The notes under the pieces: model-generated
Database searches by the model: none
Seen by the model: the letters and a program-made list of their open reading frames with translations, nothing else
What the model was told of the DNA's origin: nothing
Shown: one piece after another, positions 58,954-64,000 of the stretch
How the letters are laid out: each line of letters starts with the position of its first letter
Position numbering within the stretch: position 1 is the first letter of the stretch
Made by a program: the position numbers and the translations under genes
Source: an uncultured candidate division Zixibacteria bacterium
GTDB taxonomy: Bacteria; Zixibacteria; MSB-5A5; GN15; FEB-12
NCBI GenBank assembly: GCA_963735035.1
Contig: CAVTJJ010000003.1
Span: 864,001 to 928,000 of the forward strand
Direction: 5' to 3'
DNA length: 64,000 nucleotides

Positions 58954-60006
58954 ATGAAAAAGTCAGCTTTCTTGATCGCCCTCCTGGCCTCACTGGTCGG
59001 GATATCACTCGTATTCGTCGGCTGTGCCGACAAGAACAGCCGCAAAGGCGCGTCCGAACCCATGGCTCAGGCGCTCGATTCAACCGCGCGTGACCAGGTC
59101 GGTGAGGAACCGGCAAGGTCTGCTATGACCACCGCGATTCGCGCGTCGGATTTTCAGATCGGAGATTCCGAGCTGCCGACTATCAACGATCTGTATGCTT
59201 CGAATGACAACATCTACGCCGCCCACGAAAAGGGACTGATGATCTACAACCTGAAAACTGCGGACTATACCGTTGCCCCGGTGGATGACGATCTCTGGAG
59301 CATCGTCGCCAATAACGACAGCGTCTATGTTGGCGGCGACTATCTCTATCAACTAGTAGGAAGCGAACTGCAGAAGATCGAGGAAGGTTTTCCGGGACAG
59401 ATCAATGACCTCTGCTGGTTTGGTCCGTCGCTTATGATCGGCACCGACTCGGGTCTCTACGCCCGTACGCTCTCGGAGTGTGTGCCGCTCCTTAACGAAG
59501 TGAACGTCACGTCTATGGTGGCGGACGGCTCCGTGCTCTGGATAGGCACTGGCGGAGACGGTCTGTACCGGTGGGATGGCAACGTCTTTCAGAAGCGGTA
59601 TCTGACACGGGATTCGTCGCTTTTTGACAACGTCAGCGCGCTGGCATACAGCCACGGCCATCTCTATGTCGGTACCGATAACGGTATGTTTGTCTACGAC
59701 GGCGGTCGGTGGGAGACGGTTTCGATTGACCAGGGAATGCCCAGCAATGAAATCGTGAGTCTTGACGCCGACGGATGGATTGTGTACGTCGGGACGTCAG
59801 GCGGTACCGTTACCTGGTATCAGGACAAAGTGGCTCCGGTTAAGCATCTCGACGAGACCATCGTGACCGCTTTCTGCCGCTCCGGCAATCGAATCATCGC
59901 TGGCACTCTCTACAACGGTCTGGCGATCAAGAACGGCCCGACGGTCGCGTATGTGACTGCTCCCTGGCTGCCGGATACGAAGAGCCTGGCGACAACTTTG
60001 CAGTAG
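58954..60006 (+). CDS. Beta-propeller lipoprotein (two-component-regulator-propeller-like repeats)
   Basis: Lipobox FVG-C and repeats LWIGTGGDGLYRWDG, LYVGTDNGMFVYDG and GMPSNEIVSL. Confidence 0.8.
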   Translation: MKKSAFLIALLASLVGISLVFVGCADKNSRKGASEPMAQALDSTARDQVGEEPARSAMTTAIRASDFQIGDSELPTINDLYASNDNIYAAHEKGLMIYNLKTADYTVAPVDDDLWSIVANNDSVYVGGDYLYQLVGSELQKIEEGFPGQINDLCWFGPSLMIGTDSGLYARTLSECVPLLNEVNVTSMVADGSVLWIGTGGDGLYRWDGNVFQKRYLTRDSSLFDNVSALAYSHGHLYVGTDNGMFVYDGGRWETVSIDQGMPSNEIVSLDADGWIVYVGTSGGTVTWYQDKVAPVKHLDETIVTAFCRSGNRIIAGTLYNGLAIKNGPTVAYVTAPWLPDTKSLATTLQ

Positions 60007-60163
60007 TGAATGAGTAGTTCGGTCCGAAACCCGAAAAGGGTCGGGCCGGACACTCAGGGGGTGAAGGGGAGGGAAGCCTCCTCCGGTCTCGAACCGGGGG
60101 AGGTTCTAATTTGGGACATGACAACGATATACTACGACCTGATTACGATTGTTAATCCGCCGG

Positions 60164-63100
60164 TCACTTTAGCAGCAACATCTTCTTAGAGTCGCTGAAT
60201 CTCTCCGTCGTGATCGTATAAAGATATACGCCGCTAGCCACGGAAACGCCCATGCTGTTTCGTCCGTCCCAAACCGCTTCATACCGTCCGGCCGGACGGG
60301 TCTCGTCGACTAGCACCCTGACCTGTTCACCCAGGATGTTGTAGATTGCCAGCTTGATATGCGCCCGTTCCGGAAGGGCAAAGCTGATGGTCGTGGACGG
60401 ATTGAACGGATTGGGGTAATTCTGTCCCAACTCGAATTGCTCGGGAAGCAGAGATCCACTGCCGTGGTCGTCAATACCGGTAGGAGCGTTGGTCGTGAAA
60501 GCGGCATAAACACCGGCGGCTGAAATTTCCGTACTTACCTCATTCCTCGAAGAGTCAACGGCACCGCCGACCAGAGCCCAGTCGGCAAACCCGTCATCCC
60601 AGCGATAAATGCGCAAGTAATTCTCCAGCGGATCTCCGGTCGACGAGTATAGATCTTGATCCGAATACCTGATGATGAGGTGATTACCGCCACTCAGTGG
60701 GAGGGCAGGATCAACGGCCAGGGAAATCGCATCGCCACCCTGCATCGCGCCCGCATCGAGCCCGGTTCGAATTACCGGATACGCCGAGCTCATCAGCATA
60801 AACCTCTTGATGCTTCCGCCAGGTCCGGCAATCCTTAGTTCTGAACTCCCATTCGGCCCCGAAATTCTTGCCGCCGGAGCTGTCGAATCAACAGTACTTG
60901 TAATATATGGATTCAGGAAGAAGAAGGAATGGGCCGAATCATCGGTTGCATTCACCGTGAAAATACCATCAACGCCAAGGCTGTCCGGTAACGTGGCGCT
61001 ATATCCGCCGGCAGTCAATCCCAATGAAGAAATCTGGGTTGACCCCGACGAAGAAGAAAGCTCAAATGAAGGAGGAGTACCAAAAGTCCGGGTAGCGCTG
61101 ACTGCGTAAGTTACATGCAGCGAATCGAGCTGAACGGAGCAGACTAATGGGTAGTACCCGGCAAGCGGCGATACATCCAGCGCATACGAAGAAACATTTC
61201 CCGGCGCGATGATACCGGAAAACCAGGTATCACTATTTGATGCAGCCAGGGCGGCCCCCGGAATTACACTGATCCGTCCGCTGCACATCACGGTATCGGT
61301 CGGCAGGTATCCGAGCAAACGCACGCGCCCGAAGTCGTCGGTCTGACCTTCGTCAATAAAGGTCTTACGGGCGTTGCGACGAATCATTACCCCGCTCTTT
61401 TTCAAACCGACTCCGGTCGTCTTGTCAGAAATCGTAATGGGAACCGTGCTCGCCCCCGAAGTTGTATGCGGAATCGGGAACTGTACCAACAGCCCGACAT
61501 TGTAGTCGAGCGCGAACGGAGTCTCCGGGTCATCATTTGGTCCGGGAATATAGTCCAATCCCGTGGCCAGGGTTCGGTCGCTTGGCCGGAGAATCGGCAC
61601 CTGCACACCTCGATCGGTATCGTAATATTCCGCCCAGGATTTGAGGAAATCCCAACAAGACATATTACGGTACTTGTACTGGGCGCTGTTGCGGCAGGAA
61701 ACATCGGTGTAACGAGCGGCCGAAGACATCTCCGAATTGTAGGGCCACCCGGCATTGTCGTACGCGTAATCCATATAGCCATAGTTGGCGGCGGCGGGAT
61801 CGACACAGCGACCGGTATCGGTCCGCTCCACGCCGGCCGAATCTACGAACCGGTACTCATCATAGAAGCCGAGTGCATAATGCCCAAATTCGTGGCAGCG
61901 CGTTCGGTAGTCAGAGGGAGCGGCAAGGTTCAAAGGGTACTCGGAATATGTGCCGTTGCGGGTGAGATCGTCACTACCAAACCATCGCGGCGGAAGACTC
62001 AAATACCCGCCCGGTTGGTTGATTCCGAAAACCTTGGCATTGGGCCAGACCATGTTACTGGCGCAAATCCGCATATCGGCTTCGCTCCACAGTCCGGCGT
62101 TGGTGAATATATCCACGGTATCGAGGCGAATCTGACCGTCGCTGACATCATACAGGTAATTCGAAAACTTCCTGAATCCGGTCTCCGTAGCACTGACATA
62201 TCCCGGATCCGCATCCCACTGAATAGACACGACCAAATTATAGGCCATAGTGGAATGACCAAGTTTTACCGGCTGAATCGTGTCCCCGGAGATCGTATCC
62301 CAGGTCATGTATCCCAAACTATCAAACTGGGCGTTATCGAGAAAGTGGCGATCCATGGTTTGTAGCACCGCCACGTGCTTATTGTAATCGGTCTTGGCCA
62401 GCATCAATTCAACCTTGAACATGGTCCCAATGTCGATTGAATCTTCCGGGAGTGTGATAATGCCCTTATCATCCGACACGAATGTACCCATCGGTGTTGA
62501 AGGATAGATAGGGGGATTCTTCTCTAACTTATAGACCTTCACCGTGTCCAGCGCTACGGGCATATTCCGCACGTCCACGAGCTTGAGCCGGATCTTCACG
62601 GGATCCAGCAAGATCCCTGACATTTGTCCGCCCAGGATGCCTCCGCCGATTATCTGCCCAGAATCATTGATCCCGTTGAATTCAAACAACTGCCAGCCGG
62701 AATCCTTGACTGTGACCGTGCCCGTACCGCCGTTCAAAAGATAGAATGGATAGTATCTTGCCCCGCCGGTCGGATAGGCGCCGCCAACGATATCCCCCCT
62801 GTTGTTCACTTTGTAACAGTAGCTATTGGCCACCCCACCCGTCTGGTAGAGATCTTTTATGACTTCGTCTCGCCACTCGCATGGATGCTGATACCCAAGT
62901 ACTTTCCCAACTCCCACGATCAGGCCGGAATCGTTGATATCGCGCGCCCAGGCGTCATTCCCGGGATACAGCAGCCCCAGGTCGGTCACCTGGCCGTTCT
63001 TATACAAGAAGCCATGTCCGACGGTATAAGGGGGCACGGTCAGGGCCACGTTCATCTGGCCCACGAACCAGCCGCTGTCGTTGATTCCATAGCCGCCCCC

Positions 63101-63580
63101 GGAGATTGGCACTACGGTCAGATTGCCCCCGGATAGAATCGCCGGATTGAGACCATCGGCGGTAGTCCCCGCAATGTCCCCATTATTGTTGATCGAACCT
63201 GCATAGCTGAGCTGGTCCAACGGAGTCAAACCACCCGCTGTGGTTGTAAAGAAGGCATGTTCCTTTCCGCTGTTGTCGGTGGCGTTTCCGACAATCATCC
63301 CCAGGTCATTAATGTCCCAGGCAACACCGGCATCCCCGCCGAGAGTCCCAAGGTCGGTCGTAACTCCACTTTGCCATACAAACGTATGAGTGACTGCGCC
63401 GTTGTTGATGACGATATCCCCGACTATCTCCCCTTTGACATTAATTCCTTCGGGAATGCAATAGTCGCCGCTGAGAGGATCGAGCGGAACTATGTGGTAG
63501 ATTCTGGCCGTGACCGATTGGCTGCACAAACAGAAGATTATCCCTAGCGGGACGCTAACCCGTGCGATAGAATTAGACAT
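60164..63580 (-). CDS. Secreted protein: HAF-repeat beta-propeller, CLCA-like zinc metalloprotease domain, and T9SS-like/FlgD-Ig C-terminal domain
   Basis: Signal peptide, DLGTLGG/INDxGxIVG/HAF repeats, HEFGHYALGFYDEY, and LGQNYPNPFNPSTTISF...VASGVYLY...KKMLLLK. Confidence 0.8.
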   Translation of the reverse strand: MSNSIARVSVPLGIIFCLCSQSVTARIYHIVPLDPLSGDYCIPEGINVKGEIVGDIVINNGAVTHTFVWQSGVTTDLGTLGGDAGVAWDINDLGMIVGNATDNSGKEHAFFTTTAGGLTPLDQLSYAGSINNNGDIAGTTADGLNPAILSGGNLTVVPISGGGYGINDSGWFVGQMNVALTVPPYTVGHGFLYKNGQVTDLGLLYPGNDAWARDINDSGLIVGVGKVLGYQHPCEWRDEVIKDLYQTGGVANSYCYKVNNRGDIVGGAYPTGGARYYPFYLLNGGTGTVTVKDSGWQLFEFNGINDSGQIIGGGILGGQMSGILLDPVKIRLKLVDVRNMPVALDTVKVYKLEKNPPIYPSTPMGTFVSDDKGIITLPEDSIDIGTMFKVELMLAKTDYNKHVAVLQTMDRHFLDNAQFDSLGYMTWDTISGDTIQPVKLGHSTMAYNLVVSIQWDADPGYVSATETGFRKFSNYLYDVSDGQIRLDTVDIFTNAGLWSEADMRICASNMVWPNAKVFGINQPGGYLSLPPRWFGSDDLTRNGTYSEYPLNLAAPSDYRTRCHEFGHYALGFYDEYRFVDSAGVERTDTGRCVDPAAANYGYMDYAYDNAGWPYNSEMSSAARYTDVSCRNSAQYKYRNMSCWDFLKSWAEYYDTDRGVQVPILRPSDRTLATGLDYIPGPNDDPETPFALDYNVGLLVQFPIPHTTSGASTVPITISDKTTGVGLKKSGVMIRRNARKTFIDEGQTDDFGRVRLLGYLPTDTVMCSGRISVIPGAALAASNSDTWFSGIIAPGNVSSYALDVSPLAGYYPLVCSVQLDSLHVTYAVSATRTFGTPPSFELSSSSGSTQISSLGLTAGGYSATLPDSLGVDGIFTVNATDDSAHSFFFLNPYITSTVDSTAPAARISGPNGSSELRIAGPGGSIKRFMLMSSAYPVIRTGLDAGAMQGGDAISLAVDPALPLSGGNHLIIRYSDQDLYSSTGDPLENYLRIYRWDDGFADWALVGGAVDSSRNEVSTEISAAGVYAAFTTNAPTGIDDHGSGSLLPEQFELGQNYPNPFNPSTTISFALPERAHIKLAIYNILGEQVRVLVDETRPAGRYEAVWDGRNSMGVSVASGVYLYTITTERFSDSKKMLLLK

Positions 63581-64000
63581 GTCTGAGTTCCCTTAACTAG
63601 ACTTGCATATCTAAACCGCAATGTTTACAGTCGAACATTACCCTGTCAGTCAATTAACCACTGAGGACTACAAAAAGTTTCATTGTGGACATTGAGGACC
63701 CAACGTGACAGATGGGTTACGAGCTCCAACCTGGGAAGAGGGGTAAAGATGATCTGGGAGCGCCGATGCGCCGGACCGTGGAGAGTTGTCGGCAATCAAA
63801 ATGTGCGGCCGACATTGGCAGTGACGCCACAATATGTTCATCTTGTTGTACTAAGTTATTAGAGGACAAGGCATAGGCGGGGCTGGAGGAAATAGATGAC
63901 AATGCCCCTAACCGGATGGCGGCATACCAATCTATGAAGAGACGAAAATGATCGAAGTGGGCCGAAACGCTACCCTATTCGCGTTGCGGGACAAGGACTT

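Noticed and set aside
63581..64000. Short ORF 63717-63902 and possible RNA genes at the window end
   Set aside because: No motif, RBS support or recognisable tRNA/ncRNA structure.

Overview
A 64 kb bacterial window, roughly 55-60% GC by eye. A PNPFNP-type C-terminal sorting domain and the gene repertoire suggest a Zixibacteria/FCB-like lineage; this is inference, not shown. The main feature is a ~17 kb minus-strand extracellular electron transfer (EET) island (1964-19082) with 81 canonical CXXCH motifs by manual count. It contains (i) an MtrAB-like porin-cytochrome operon ending in a non-MtrC lipoprotein cytochrome, and (ii) an OmcS-type nanowire locus. The nanowire locus has two hexaheme OmcS-like proteins that keep the H-x6-CxxCH-x2-H N-terminal signature, two beta-propellers, two CsgG/PelC-like lipoproteins, an outer-membrane barrel, a single-chain 42-heme cytochrome and further multiheme proteins. 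A TlpA-DUF4266-DUF3570-ApbE flavinylation operon is transcribed divergently from it, and Rex/CRP-like boxes precede two of the EET transcription units. The rest of the window holds a RAYT transposase with REPs, Rrf2-hemerythrin-qNOR, nagB, TetR-RND efflux, a heme-c/9-PAS hybrid kinase, a PAP2 phosphatase, an M1 peptidase, DUF1259, alpha-2-macroglobulin-pbpC, a decayed GIY-YIG element, an NtrYX-like pair with a divergent sigma54 promoter, and a secreted HAF-propeller/CLCA-type metalloprotease. Eleven frameshifts in four genes are all +1 and look like long-read consensus errors. No tRNA, rRNA or CRISPR array was recognised. All family assignments come from motif recognition, without database searches.
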